Shown one piece after another: positions 35,041 through 50,394 of a DNA stretch of 64,000 bases. Within the stretch, counting starts at the first letter, position 1. Each line of letters begins with the position of its first letter. This DNA is from the human T2T-CHM13v2.0 reference genome, Homo sapiens. The notes beneath the pieces were generated by a model, which searched no databases, was not told the DNA's origin, and saw only the letters and a list, made by a program, of their open reading frames with translations. Location: assembly GCA_009914755.4 (NCBI GenBank), contig CP068257.2, positions 29,728,001-29,792,000 of the forward strand, written 5' to 3'. Both the position numbers and the translations under genes were made by a program.

Positions 35041-36224
35041 TCACTGCTTGCCTCCAGAGAGAAGCAGTCCACTGGGGACACGGTGCCGCTGCAGCCATGT
35101 GACAATAAGGATGGCTTTCACACCAGAGCAGCAGGGAAAATTGGACAAGAGGGGCCCTCGGAGACCGAGGTCATCTAAACACAGCCAATCACCAGATACG
35201 CCACAGAGGCGAAGAGAAGGGCCAACCCTGCATTTTCTGCCACAGGAGAATGTATTGTTCTCTCCAACTGAGAAAGCAGATTGCGTTACATTTCTCCACA
35301 TAAATGAACTTACACAGAGGGCATGGGGGTAGTAAAAGGTGCTGGACGAGAGAATAAATATTGACTAAAACATCTATCTTGGGGAGGGGGCGCATGCGTT
35401 CCCCTGGCTGTCGCGTGAAAATTTTTGCTTTATAAATTGGGGAGGTTATTAAAAGGACGTGAGATGCATGGAATTAATGAACAACTATCTGTGAAAATCT
35501 ATCCTAATTAGGAAACAACATGTACATGCCTGAAACAGCAGGCCAGTAGGGAGGGCCTGAACAGAAAGAAAACAAGGAGCGAAAACAAAATAAGGCTGTC
35601 TAGCAAATGAGGGCATCATTCTTCCTCTAGATTTAAAATTCAACAGGAACATGGCTTTTTTCCTCCGTAATGGCTGTGAAATTGATTGGGATATAGGCTA
35701 ACAGAGGTCCCCAGAGTGCTAAACTAAATTAGAGGAAGTCTTATAATTACAGCTAGCAGTTAATTATTATATGATGGGAATTGTAATCAAAGTAACAGAT
35801 ACACTATTATTTTCCATCTTCTCTGCAAAACACATCTAACAAAGTCTCTTAAGAGGAGTAGAGGGGCTTGTTTGTGGTTCAACTTATGCCGATTCCTACT
35901 GCCCAAAATCCAAACAAGAACCTCGCTCCTGCAGGTGACTTGGGCTGTGACCTCGGCGCCTGCCCCATTCCTGCCTTTCCCACGCATGCCTCCTGCCAAT
36001 CTTCAATACATTCGCGGGTCCCTCTGCCTGGAATGCTCTTTCTCTAGATTTCCACGGGGTCTCTCCCTCCACGCAGACCTCAGGATCACACCTCCTGGGA
36101 GAAGTATCCACTGACCACCCTGTCTAAAATAGATACCTATCACCCCCTCCATGTTTATTCTCCTACCTGCCCCACTGTAGCTCCCGAAACACTGTCTGGC
36201 TCTGAGTTGGTCCTCAATAAATAT

Positions 36225-36648
<424 letters not shown>

Positions 36649-38583
36649 TTTAAATAATATTTTATGCCCTTCCACTTTTCTAATAGTGGAAAGAAACCAA
36701 AGCAAAGGGATCCTTCGATCGCTGTGATATGATTGTATTTAAGCGAACAACATTCTAGCAAGACCTATATTCAGACCAGCCTGGAAGTGATAAAGTCTGT
36801 GTTCAACTTAGCAGCAGATCTTTAGATGTAACATCAAAGAGGTAATGAAAGGGAATTAGGATTTTTTAGGTATCTTTTATATTCTAAGCACTATGTTTGG
36901 CTCTGAAGAGATATGATCTCTTAACAAAGAACTATCATGCCCGTTTGTAAGTGTCATTTTATAAACAGCAAAAAACTGAGGCAGAGAAGTTGTTCAAAGT
37001 CACATATACAGCAAGTGCCAAATTCCTATACAGATCTTTTTGCATCCAAAAGCTCTAAGGGTCCATGTTTCAAACCGCTTCCTTCCTCTTTTCCTTTCTC
37101 TCCTCTTTTCCTCCCATTTTAATTCCTTTGAAAAAAATTCAGAAGTAGAAACCAATATACAAAAATCTTGATACCTGCCACCCAAAATGAACATTTCTAA
37201 TTTAAATCATGAAAATCACATTGACCAAATCAGCTCCTGGTTTAAGTTGCCCAATATCCCCGCGCCAGAAATGAGATAACAGGACAAAGAGCTGGTGAAA
37301 CCTCATTCAAATTACAATTTATGGCCATCCTTCCTGGCTTGGTGCCAACACGTTATGATCCAAATCTGTTAGGGGGAGTCTTCCCAGTCAAAGGCAGCTC
37401 TGTGTAAAACAAACCTCTCTATACAGAAAGAAACGCTTTCATTCCATTCCAGAAGTCAGAATGTGAAGATGCTGGGCTGCTTTCTGCCAGGGCAAAACGA
37501 AAGACATGGAAAACAGGGAAATGAGAAGGGACAGAGGCAACAGGTCTCACACTAACCATTTACAGATAACAAAGGAACTTCAGAATTCTTCCCTGCTACC
37601 TTGTAGAATGGATGAACCATGGAATACCTGATAAACTTCTAAGCAAGCTTCAGCCTGCCCCTGTGCAGATCTGCACAGACTCCAAGTACCTCCCACTGCC
37701 ATGGGATGTACATGGACCAATGTGTTGGCTTCCCTTTGACCTCCCCCCTACAACCTCCCCCAACCTCCCCTCTGCACCAGCAGAATGGGACCCAGGGGCA
37801 CAGGAAGTGCCTAATCTCTGCAAGCAAATGTCAATCTTCAGGGCAAAAAAAAAAAAAAAAAAAAAAGCTTTGTTCTTTAGAACCAGAGTTGAAACTAGGT
37901 TGAAATGACCACATCAATTCACTAACTTGAATTCACAAAGGAAGCACCTGTTTTCAGAAAGGCGTGTAAAATTGTAAAACAATCTTACTTTTTATGCCAT
38001 CCTTCTGAATGAAGAACTGTGGATAAGCTGGGCCTGGGGGAGACCTGGTCAGTTTTCCCACACAGTGGTAATGGTTTGTGTTACTGAAGAAAATGTCAAA
38101 AATTTTTTCTTAAATAAACCACCACATAATTTTACTCCACTAAAAATGAGAAATAACATAGCCATGGGAAGTAGCCCACATCTTTTGTATTCTCCATCAC
38201 ACTTCAAATATCTAAACACCTGACCAAGCACATAAAGAAATGGTGGATGTGCTATCACTGCAAAATTCCAACTGTAGGCAGAAGTTTGCCATCCTCATAG
38301 CACAGTACACAGTTCCCAGACAGGAAAATTCTTTGTGCTCCCTCAGTAAAGGAGAAAAATTATGACCAATTACAATAACAAGGGCATTAGCCACTTTGAT
38401 AAATATCTAAGCAGGCTTCCGTCTGTGCCTGGGCAGATATGGAGAACGATTTAGTGTGATATGAGAATACAGAGTTGATCACTTATCTTGTGAAACTGAA
38501 GAAGAAAGAGAAATGTAAACGTCAGCATCTCTTATCACCCAGGCTCTGACTCTTCTCAAACTATTAAAAATAGCCTTTGGGAT

Positions 38584-38733
38584 GGGCCCGGTGGCTCACG
38601 CCTATAATCCCAGCACTTTGGGAGGCTGAGGCTGGCAGCTCACCTGAGGCCAGGAGTTCGAGACCAGCTTAGCCAACATGGAGAAACCCCATCTCCACTA
38701 AAAACATAAAATAAATAGATAAATAAAATAAAA
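38584..38733 (+). mobile_element. free left Alu monomer (FLAM-like) or 3'-truncated Alu with A-rich tail, TSD aaaaatagcctttg
   Basis: gggcccggtggctcacgcctataatcccagcactttgggaggctgaggctggcagctcacctgaggccaggagttcgagaccagc... then A-rich tail; perfect 14-bp flank copies. Confidence 0.85.
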
Positions 38734-39817
38734 TAAAAATAGCCTTTGCCAGAAACTAAAAAGAAACAGCAAAGCCAAAATTAATTCCACAAGGCGGAAT
38801 TGGTTGCTTTACTCATTTATACTATGTATAATAAAGAGTAATAAATTTCTATTATTATAAATCTTACTTTGACATTTTAGATATAACATCAATGCCCCCT
38901 GAGATATACTAAAATTTGTCTATAAAGCAAGGAAATTATTTTTTTTTAATATTGGCTTGGATAAGTTCTCTCTTTAAAATTTATATGAGAATATCCTTAA
39001 ATACTTCGTGCCATTTCAAACCGATTTTGATTTAAGATATATTACAATCTATTAAAGTTTTAAAAATAATAAATTAACGTTTAGGTCAACTAAATTAAAT
39101 AATTATATACAATACATTATTGCTTTAAATCCCAAGGCAAAGAAAGGAAATTGCTTCTTCAGGCTGACAGAATGAATTGTATGCATCCACTGTGGGGGGA
39201 AATACCTTCTTCATCTAAAAGAGCTTGCCCCAAAAGTTTCTATTGCTCACAGCAAAGGTTGCAAAATGTGAACATTTCTAAAATGGAGGATTTTGTGTCT
39301 TGAGATATATGTTATAGCCCAAGAGATGAGTAAACCATAGCTGTTACAAAGAGGTGTTATCTGAAATTTTCCAAGCTTAAATTCAATATGACATTTAGCA
39401 TTATTAAAACCCATTAAGATTTTTGACTTTGAGTTGATACAAGCGAAATGAGTGGCCCCCTGCACAAATAGACATGCCTTTCCCTGGATCATCAAAGCCA
39501 ATATACCAGCTCATAAATGTCTCTCACAAGTTTTCTTTATTCCCCTAACTCAAATAAAGCTAACTTCATGGTTGCCTTGGAAAACAGACCTTTTTCAGAG
39601 AATGTTGACACTTTCATTGATTTCTAAGGGCTCCTGATAGCGTATGGGCACACACATACACTCACTCACACATATAAGTCAGAGAAGCCTGACTGTCAGC
39701 TGTATATGATCCTATCTACCAAAAAAAACAAACAAAAAAACAAAAGCTAAACCAGAATTTTAAAGAATTGGAAGGAAATATAAGGGGAAATATAAGGACA
39801 ACACTCTTTTTTTTTTT

Positions 39818-40116
39818 CCTTTTCTTTTTTTGAGACGGAGTCTAGCTCTGCCACCCAGGCTAGAGTGCAGTGGCGTGATCTTGGCTCACTGCAACCTCCA
39901 CCCCCTGGGTTCAAGCAATTCTCCTACCTCAGCTCCCGAGTAGCTGGGACTACAGGCACCCACCACCACACCCGGCAAATTATTTTTGTATTTTTAGTAG
40001 AGACAGGATTTCACCATGTTAGCCAAGCTGGTCTCAAACTCCTGACCTCAGGTGATCTGCCCACCTCAGCCTCTCAAAGTGCTGGGATTGCAGGCATGAG
40101 CCACCGCACCCGGCCA
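39818..40116 (-). mobile_element. Alu
   Basis: reverse Alu consensus ...gagacggagtctagctctgccacccaggctagagtgcagtggcgtgatc...ggcatgagccaccgcacccggcc. Confidence 0.95.
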
Positions 40117-40294
40117 GACACCACACTTTCTGATTTATAAATTAGAGCAGTGGCAGCACATGCTGAAATATACACTCCAGGAGAGCAAGATCTTTGTGGA
40201 TTTTCTGCACTCCTATATCCCAACTGCCTAGTAAAGTGCCTTTGAATGGATTTTAGCTCATGGAATCCTCTCAACGACATGATGAGACAGGTAC

Positions 40295-40420
40295 TATTCC
40301 TACCCCATTTTACAGATAAGGAACTGAAATTCAAAGAACTTCGTTACCAAAGTGACACAGCTGGTTAGTGGGGCATAGAAGCCTTTAGGTCTTGCCCAGT
40401 CCTCTTCTCTGTCTTTACCA
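40295..40420 (-). mobile_element. MIR fragment
   Basis: ...ccccattttacagataaggaactgaaattcaaagaacttcgttaccaaagtgacacagctggttagtgg... Confidence 0.5.
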
Positions 40421-40494
40421 TTTGGTTACTGTATTCCTGTCATCCAGTGACTTCAACACACATCAGAAGTCCTTGACTATTAAAGTGGAATCCC

Positions 40495-40780
40495 GGCCGG
40501 GCACAGTGGCTCATGCCTGTAATCCCAGCACTTTGGGAGGCCGAGGTGGGTGGATCACCTGAGGTCGGCAGTTCGAGACCAGCCTGACCAACATGGAGAA
40601 ACCCCGGCTCTACTAAAAATACAAAAATTAGCTGGGCATGGTGGCAGGCTCCTGTAATCCCAGCTACTCAGGAGGCTGGGCAACAAGAGCAAAACTACTC
40701 TTGCCTGGGCTACTCCAGCCTGGGCAACAAGAGCAAACTTCATCTCAAAATAAATAAATAAATGAATAAATAAATAAATA
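40495..40780 (+). mobile_element. Alu with rearranged or deleted right arm, (AAATA)n tail, TSD aagtggaatc
   Basis: left arm intact; right arm reduced to ...gaggctgggcaacaagagcaaaactactcttgcctgggctactccagcctgggcaacaagagcaaac... Confidence 0.9.
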
Positions 40781-41337
40781 AAGTGGAATCACTGCAGGGT
40801 GAGTCTGCATTTTTTAAGTCGAAGTTAGGAACTCAAAAAGTAAACAAGTGCATATGAAAAGATGAATTCATATGCACTAAGTTAATTCAAAAGCATGAAT
40901 GAAAGTATTTTTTAAACTAAATATTCATTGGTGATGTCATGTATCCAATGACCTCTGCCCCTAGTCAGTGTTAGTAACCAGCTCTTCATCAGCTACAGAT
41001 AGACTCCAGCACTTCTGTACCTCTTCCTCATTCTACTGTCTAGACCTGAAATTTTAACTGGGAAAAGCTGGAAGCTAACACTAGGCAAGAAAAAATGGGC
41101 CCTGCCCTCCTATTGTAGCCTAGAGCCGAATATAAACAATGGTAAACTGTTCCTCTATTGGGATATGGCAGCCATGTCAATCATTGCTTCCCAACAATCC
41201 CACCTTTTGGAGAGCCTGCCTGGGCAAGTCTGAGACCACCCATCATACATACACCCTTGCATCCCAGCAGAAGCTAAGTGAATACATGACTCAGTATTGG
41301 CCAAACAGACTCTCACTTAAAAATTTGGAATTAAGAT

Positions 41338-41614
41338 TGGGCTCATGCCTGTAATCCCAGCACTTTGAAAGGCTGAGGCTAAAGGATCGCTTGAGCCCAG
41401 GAGTTCGAGACCAGCGAGACCCCATCTCTACAAAAAATATAAAAATTAGCTGGTCATGGTGGTATGCACGCCTGGAACCCTAGCTACTCAGGGGGCTGAG
41501 GCAAGAGGATTGCTTGAACCCAGAAGTTCGAGGTTGCAGTTAGCTAGAACCGCACTACTGCCCTCCAGCCTGGGAAACAAGGCAAGACTCTATCTCTTAA
41601 AAAAAAAAAAAAAT
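41338..41614 (+). mobile_element. older Alu (AluJ-like), 5'-truncated
   Basis: diverged Alu consensus. Confidence 0.85.
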
Positions 41615-41620
41615 TGGAGC

Positions 41621-42041
<421 letters not shown>

Positions 42042-42350
42042 TCAGAGACCAACCAAGAAAGTCAGTCTGCAAGTAGGAACAAGAAAATGGCAAAACCTTG
42101 CAGAGAAAAGCAAAAATTGACACTATGGGGGCCTCTGAGAGATGCAGGACCAACGTCTCTTCCTGATTTTCCTGCTTTACAAGGCCCGCACAACCCTGGC
42201 CGTCCACGACATTTCCCATATCCCTTCAGTAACACCATTTTTGCATGAGTTCACTTGAGAGAGCTTCTTCACATTTCATCATAACCAAAAGATCCCAAGA
42301 ACATAGTATTTCCCCCCTCAGTTTCTCCCCGTTAGAAAAACTGACTAAAG

Positions 42351-42723
<373 letters not shown>

Positions 42724-42844
42724 TCATAATCACAGACCACTGCCAACATCCCTGAAATGCCGAATCCCAAAAGGCAGCATGACTCAGAAGAATTTGAATT
42801 ATCCCAAGGTTAACAGTTAAGTATAAAGATGATATACTTTTTTA

Positions 42845-43132
42845 TTTTTTTAAGACAGAGTCTTGCTCTGTCATCCAGGCTGGAGTGCAGTGGCACAGTC
42901 TTGGCTCACTGCAACCTCCGCCTCTCCGGTTCAAGTGATTCTCCTGCCTCAGACTCCTAAGTAGCTGGGACTACAGACGCGTGCCACCACACCCGGCTAA
43001 TTTTTTGTATTTTTAGTAGAGACGGGGTTTCACCATGTTAGCCAGGATGGTCTCGATCTCTTGACCTCGTGATCCGCCCGCCTAGGCCTCCCAAAGTGCT
43101 GGGATTACAGGCGTGAGCCACTGCTCCCGGCC
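42845..43132 (-). mobile_element. AluY-type with 16-bp TSD gatgaYatactttttt
   Basis: reverse Alu consensus with gttagccaggatggtctcgatctc; flank copies. Confidence 0.95.
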
Positions 43133-44222
43133 GATGACATACTTTTTTAAGAAAAAATTCCATAGTACAGAGAAAACAAAAACAACTCCCCGCTGCTTTT
43201 TTTGAAGAAAATCTACCAAGCTCTCAGGCTGTTTTTCAGCTATTCAGGTAGCGCTACAGAACAAGGCCAGTCTGACTCATGATAGCTCAAAATTATAAAA
43301 TAATCTACCATGGATTCAGCCTTACTGGTTTCAAATACACATAACATACAAACAGATGCCCAGATAAATACATAAAGAAGTGAAGCTAGAATAAGGAATA
43401 GTCTAAAAATTGCTGGGGGCTGGAGAATAGAGAGATCCCTTCTGCTTGATGCATCTTGCTTGATACTGGAAGAAAGAACGAGGAGAAAAGTCAAAAAATG
43501 AATTAGACAGTCCCTGCCCTCAAAGACTTCCTAGTCTAGCTGAGAAGACAGTCACCCTCACAAATAGCTCAAATCCAGGGCAGATAGTGACAGAGGCTAA
43601 TTGGAAGTCTCAGCAAAGCGTGATGGGATCACGGAGGCAGGAGCAATTAATCACAGGCAAGCCAAGCAGGCGACACTTAGCCGCAACTCACACAGGGCTG
43701 TCATTGTAAAAGGAAATCCACTCTAACAGTTATCATGAAATTGCATCCATGATCTTTGAGTCTTATCAGTCCATACCTTTTATCTGATTAATCGAAATCC
43801 CACCCTTTTCCAGGAAAAACAACATTTGTTTATCATTCCCTCCAAGAGCTCTTAAGATGACACAATGACCTTGAATTATCCTTTTATCTTTAGAAAATAT
43901 CCTCCCTCTGAAAAGGCAACAAAAAAGTGAAGATAATAACCCCAAGGAGTTCAAGACCATAAATGAAAATAACCAAATTGCTTGGTCTCTATCCCATAAC
44001 TGAGCTGCTGGACTTCACAGTCCACTCAACTGTTTGCCGTGTTAAAAATACTTAAGCAAACAGAGCTATGCTAAAAAGCCATGTGTCTATACAACATTTA
44101 TTACAGTCTTAGACAGAGGTTCTGTCCCTCATCAAAAAACACTGGTCAAATCCTACACTAAGTCCTATTTTAAAGAGGAAAAAAAAAAGTGTATGCCAAG
44201 CTAATGAAATTCCAGTATGGTC

Positions 44223-44352
44223 TTTTTTTTTTTTTTTAAGAGATGGGTCTCTTTATATTGCCCAGTCTGGTCTGGAATTCCTAACTCAAGTGGTCCTCCT
44301 ACCTCAGCCTCCTGAGTAGCTGGGATTACAGACTTGAGCTACCACTTCCACC
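44223..44352 (-). mobile_element. Alu monomer-like fragment (FLAM/FRAM-type)
   Basis: poly-T + ...gagatgggtctctttatattgcccagtctggtctggaattcctaactcaagtggtcctcctacctcagcctcctgagtagctgggattacag... Confidence 0.7.
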
Positions 44353-44646
44353 TATTTATTGTCTGCAATTCTGTGACTTGCATTGTGCCAATTTCAATTT
44401 CCTGGTTTTGATAATGCAGTATAGCTAAGTAAGATGTCACCACTGGGGAAAGCTGGGTGGTGGGTACCCAGGACCTCTCTATTATCTTTCAACTTCTTGT
44501 AAGTAAGTCCACAATTATTTAAAAATAAAGTTTAAAAAAACACTCATGACATTTATCATTTTGCAGAGCTCTACCAATATCCAACAGCTCCCTGTTCCTC
44601 CTAGATCCTAATATTTTGATATTGGCCCTTAAAACTTGCAGATACA

Positions 44647-44975
44647 GGCCAGGCATAGTGGGCATGCCTGTAATCTCAGCACTTTGGGAGGCCGAGGCAG
44701 GAGGAATGCTTGAGCCCAGGAGTTTGAGACCAACCTGGGCGAGAGAGTGAGACCCCCTCATCTCTACACAGAAATAAAAAAATTAGCCAGATATGGTGGT
44801 GCACAAACTGTGGTCCCAAGTACTCGGAAGGCTAAAGGCAGGAGGATCACTTGATCCTAGGAGGTCAAGGTTACAGTGAGCCATGATCATGCCACTGCAC
44901 TCCAACCTGGGTGACAGGGCAAGACCGTGTCTCAAAAATAAATAAATGAATAAATCACAATAACAAAAAACTTGC
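44647..44975 (+). mobile_element. older Alu (AluJ-like) with TSD aaaacttgcagRtaca
   Basis: diverged Alu consensus, flank copies. Confidence 0.9.
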
Positions 44976-45154
44976 AGGTACAATTCAGCAAACACATGAC
45001 CCTGCTCCTGGGAGGGGCAGCCAGAAAGGGCATTTCCAGCACAGTTCACTCTCTTCAAGAGTCCAAGAAAGTCAATGTCCTCAGCCTATCCCCACCCTGG
45101 ACCGGTTCCTTTGCTTTGCTCTGCCACTAATCCCCCTTCCCGAGCCCACTTCCC

Positions 45155-45521
45155 CTGTATTAGTCCACTTTCACACTGCTGATAAAGACATAACTGAGAC
45201 TGGGCAATGTACAAAAGAAAGGTTTATTGGACTTAACAGTTCCACATGGCTGGGGAGGCCTCACAATCATGGTGGAAGACAAGGAGGAGCAAGTCACATC
45301 TTTCATAGATTGCAGCAGGCAAAAAAAAGAGCTTGTGCAGAGAAAGTCCCATTTTTAAAACCATCAGATCTCATGAGACCCATTCACTATCACAAGAACA
45401 GCACGGGAAAGCCCCGCCCCCATGATTTAATCATCTCCCACTGGGTCCCTCCCACAACACATGGGAATTATGGGAGCCATAAGATGAGATTTGGGTAGGT
45501 GACACAGAGCCAAACCATATC
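45155..45521 (-). mobile_element. MaLR THE1/MST-family solo LTR, near full length
   Basis: reverse complement of THE1 consensus from ctgtattagtccactttcacactgctgataaagac... to ...tgggaattatgggagccataagatgagatttgggtaggtgacacagagccaaaccatatca. Confidence 0.8.
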
Positions 45522-47216
45522 ACCTCCCAACACACACAACACAGATGGGAGACATTTAAAAGTGATATTAAGAAAAGCAAAACCAAGTCAGAGTCTCCAA
45601 CCACAAAACTCACCTCCACCTTCCTAAGCCTTAACTCTAATAAACCTCAACCATATTTGCTTTAAAAGTATAAAAGACTGGGCTCCTATGGAATTCAAAA
45701 CACAAGACATACTCAAAGAGATTGCCGTCATCCTAAATTCTTCTCAAAGATACACAAACGTGCAAGCCCTGCTGGTGATCACTGGCTTAGCAGTGATTAA
45801 TATGGCTCAACACCCACCCCCACCCCACTCAACACAAATTGAGTCCCATGGCTTAAATGTTATCTTAAAAAAAAAAAAAAAATCACTCCTAACATTGTCA
45901 CTCTTGAGCAGGTTCCCAAGATAAAATCCAGACATCATTATAATTTATTAAACTTTTGAGAACTTTAATACTAGGCCTATAGAGCAATGATTAAGAGAAG
46001 GAATTTGATGCTAAAGAGGTCAAATCCCTTTAGCTGGATGCATATAGAACCCACCCTTTAAGACCTGAATAATCTTAAGCAAGTTACTTAAACTTTCTCT
46101 ATAAAATGGAGAGGATGATAGGATTAGTTAGAATCCTGCTTCATTATAATTCTCGGGAAGATTAAATAATTAATACAAAAAAGCTTTAGAACAGGGCCTG
46201 CCCTACAGCAAGCATGTGTTGTCTATTATTATTACTAATGCAATAAACTTTCATCAAGCACCTGGGTCCCAAACTCTACGAATGCAAGATAAAAGAAGGC
46301 ACAGCCATGATTCTGGAAGAATCTGCATGTTACTAAATATTCAGACAGAGAAAAGTCAGACCATGCTGGTGCCACCAGCCCATCAGAGCTCTCAGCCCTG
46401 TAGGTAGAACTTACGAGTCACAAATAAAACTCCAACAAAGCAGACATGAAATGTCAGTGGTATGTGTCACTCTACCCCTCCTCATTCAATTTTCACCTTA
46501 AAAAAAATCAACAAACTCCCAAATACACTGCCCTGTTTCACACAAAGTTTGTGCCATTAGATGAGTTTTTTAAGTTCTGCAGATCACTCTATTAAAACAC
46601 CAGACATACCAATAACACTGCAACTACTGGCCAAAACCATTCTCCTCCCTTCTTGTCCTTCTTTCCCAGGACACTTTTAAGGTCATACACCAATGACATC
46701 CCCAACATTCCCATGAGCAAGGGAAGGATTCCCGGGAAAGTGACAGCTCTCACTAGGAGGCAGAGCTCCGTGCCATATTGATGAGGTTCTCTCGAAACAT
46801 CTCAAAAGCAGGGATCCTTGTGGTTTCTGAAGTGTTGCCAATCACACAAAGAAAGCCTAATGCATGGTTTTCAAGTCAGTTTTATAAAACGATTCCAAAC
46901 CTCTAAGTGTGTGAAGCCAAAATTGTAAACGCTGCTAAAATCCCTGGAGTTGTTTAATATTGTTTATTACGATTCCTCTTGGCACCTCCAAAGTCTCTCA
47001 TCCTGGGCTCATGGAGCATTTTATTAATTTACACACCATCAGTGGAGTTCACAGATGGTGGGACCGAAACACGAAGAAGCGGCTCAAGCACCTCGGCAAA
47101 GATCCCAACAACTTGTAAATAAACATAGCTCTAAAAGACCCAGAAGTCTCAACCTCCTCTCCCAAGCACTACTGCTACCACTGGTGCTGAGGTGAGCCAC
47201 TGTATACCCTGGTTAA

Positions 47217-47625
<409 letters not shown>

Positions 47626-48797
47626 TAAATCAATCCTTTTAAGGATATTTAAGGAATCAGTGAATGGCTGACCTGTCCAATGTGCCCACAGAAGGAAGTA
47701 AGAGCTCTTTGGAAATTTGCATGCTTGCAATTGAAAAGGCTCCTTGAAATTTTGCTGTATCTCACATTGCAGAAAACAAATCCAAACTTAGGGCAAAGAC
47801 ATCAGTTCTGTTAAAAACCTAGGATTTACTTCTACATTATTCAGGGTATTCTTGAAGCACCTGGTTATACTGTTTACTATGTGTCTGTCTATCCTTCTTT
47901 TGTTTATATTTTAGTTATTTTTACATTTGTGGCCAAAATCTTACACTTGTAAAGAAAAGAGAAAGACAAAGAGAAGAAATGAGAGTCTGTCAACTGAAAA
48001 TTTAGGTCACTGACATCAAGTGGTCATCCTGATATCAAGGGGACAAGCCAGGATGGTGAAAGATGGGAACCACTCAGGCCCTTGAATTCTCTTCTTTTAT
48101 AAAGAAAAGTTCAAATTACGGACTCTCTTTCCCGAGTCAGCTAAAAGGATTCAAAATTACAAAGAGCCAAAACTCCAGTTTTGAAACACTCTTCCTGTTT
48201 ATAGTGAATAAATTCCCCAAATGCAGAGGAATTAGATTTTAATGAAAGTCTCCACTATCATGCTATTGCTCAATAACATTTTGGCTAAACTGGCTTAACC
48301 CTTCCCACAACTTAGAAAATTCTGACACTCTCATCAACGTGAATGGGGAGCAAATTCCTATTCTTAATATCTAATCACTTTTATTTTTCATCTTCTCCCC
48401 ATGTCTTAGATTAGTTCTATTTTGAGGACACTGATGAGCTCTGTTTACTGTTCTCACACGAAGACAATGGTTCTCTAAGTATGGTCCCCACAAGAGCGTC
48501 AGCATCACTCAGGAACTGTTAGACATGCACATTTTCGGGCCTGACCTGAGACCTAATAAATCGGAAACCTAGAAGTGGGGCAATCTATGGTTTACAAAGC
48601 TTCCAGGTGGCTGTGATGCAACACACTTTGAGTGCCACCGCTCTCAGCCACCGAAACACCATCACCTGTGTCACCCACATGCCCCCCCCTCCAGGCTTCA
48701 TCAGTGCGGTGGGTCCTAAGAATGTCTCTGTAAACACATTGCTCCCACACTCATGCTCCTCACTCCCCTAAATGGCAGCAACTCAGACCTTCTCCTT

Positions 48798-49091
48798 TTC
48801 TTTTTTTTTTTTGAGACGAAGTCTCGCACTGTCACCCAGGCTGGAGTGCAATGGTGCCATCTCAGCTCACTGCAACCACCACCTCCTGGGTTCAAGGATT
48901 CTCCTGCCTCAGCCTCTCCAGTAGCTGGAATTACAGGCATCCGCCACCACACCCAGCTAATTTTTGTATTTTTAGTAGAGACGGGGTTTCACTATGTTGG
49001 CCAGGCTGGTCTTGAACTCCTGACCTCGTGATCCACCCGCCTCGGCCTCCCAAAGTGTCGGGATTACAGGCGTGAGCCACCACACCCAGCC
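48798..49091 (-). mobile_element. AluY-like with 15-16-bp TSD (c)agaccttctcctttc
   Basis: reverse Alu consensus; near-perfect flank copies. Confidence 0.95.
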
Positions 49092-49759
49092 AGACCTTCT
49101 CCTTTCTTAGATCTGACAGTCTCAAAGTTGAGTTTTCTCACAGACTGCCCCTCCACCCCACCTCCTGCTCCCCACATCTCTCTAGGTTGAGGTTCCACAG
49201 CCCACAGTCACTCCGCACACCGACTTCCTGCTCCTTGGATGCCAAGCACACAGGACTCCATGCTCAGCTCCACACACCAGCATCACCACCCCTCTCAAAG
49301 CCCCATTCAGACCTCCGCACCACAGGCCCGCTTCCCTTGCAGCCATGGCTTGTCCCCCAAGTTCTGCAAATACACCTCTGCCCCTCTCCATCTCTCCTCC
49401 AGTGGCCTTGCGGCCTTCTCTGGGCTGGAGGAAAAAAATCCATGCTCTCCCAAAGGCCTCCCTCCCTGGTGGGGGGCAGGGGACAGCTGGCTTTTTTTGG
49501 CTAAAAGTTCTAACCCTGTCCCCAAAAGCAATGAGAGCTAGGTGAAGGGCAAAGGGTTAAGGAGGCCTTTTTTTTTTTTATTTGGGGGCTTGGGGTTTTC
49601 TTTTAAGCAGGATTTATAAAGGCTGGCTGTTGATTCCTTTGAGAGAAAAAAGGAGATCCAAGTTTTCTCTGGCACTACACGAGACAGCCAGGGAAACGCA
49701 GCAACATCCTGTCCTGGGAACTGACTGAAGCAGTTATTAAAGTCAATGGAGGCAGCACT

Positions 49760-50330
49760 GAGGGCGTAGCAGTGTGTGTGTGTGAGTGTGAGGTTGTGTG
49801 TGTGACAGTGTGGAGAGTGTGAGTGTACATGTGAAAGAGCATATATGTGTGTGAAAAAGGGTGTATGTGTGAGTGTGAAACAGTGATTGTGAGTGTGTGT
49901 GAGACTGCATTATGTGATTGTGAGCATGTGTGTGACAGTGTATATATTTGTGTGGGTGTGTCAGACTGTGTGTCTGATAGTGTGTGTAATGAGACAGTGT
50001 GTGTGTGAGTATATGTAGGAGACTGCGAGTGTGTGTGTGTATGTGTGAGCAACTGTGTGTAAGAGTGTGTGTGACGGTACGTAAATGAGACAGTGAGAGT
50101 ATGTGAGTGCGTAAGTGTATGAGACTGTGTGAGGGTGTTACGTATGTGAGCATGTGTGAGCGACTGTGTAAGAGTGTGTGTGATAGTGTGTATGTGTATG
50201 TGAGACAGTGCATGAGACTGAGTTTATAAGTGTGAGCATGTGTGAGCAACTGTGTAAGAATGTGTGCATATGTGTATGAGACTGTGTGAGAGTGAATTGA
50301 GTGTTAGTGTGTGTCAGTGACTATGTGTAA
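49760..50330. repeat. GT-rich imperfect minisatellite / low-complexity block with about 3 tandem ~85-95-bp higher-order units around 50040-50295
   Basis: recurring ...gtgagcatgtgtgagcRactgtgtaagaRtgtgtg...gagactg...; ORF track gives low-complexity T/H/S-rich peptides on the minus strand. Confidence 0.8.
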
Positions 50331-50394
50331 GTGTGTGTGCTGATATGTATATGTACGAGACAGGGCGTGAGAGTGTGTGTGAGTGTGTATGTGA

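Noticed and set aside
49675-50249. 125- and 168-aa minus-strand ORFs rich in T/H/S (THTHTHS...)
   Set aside because: Translation of the GT/CA-rich minisatellite; repeat-driven, not coding.
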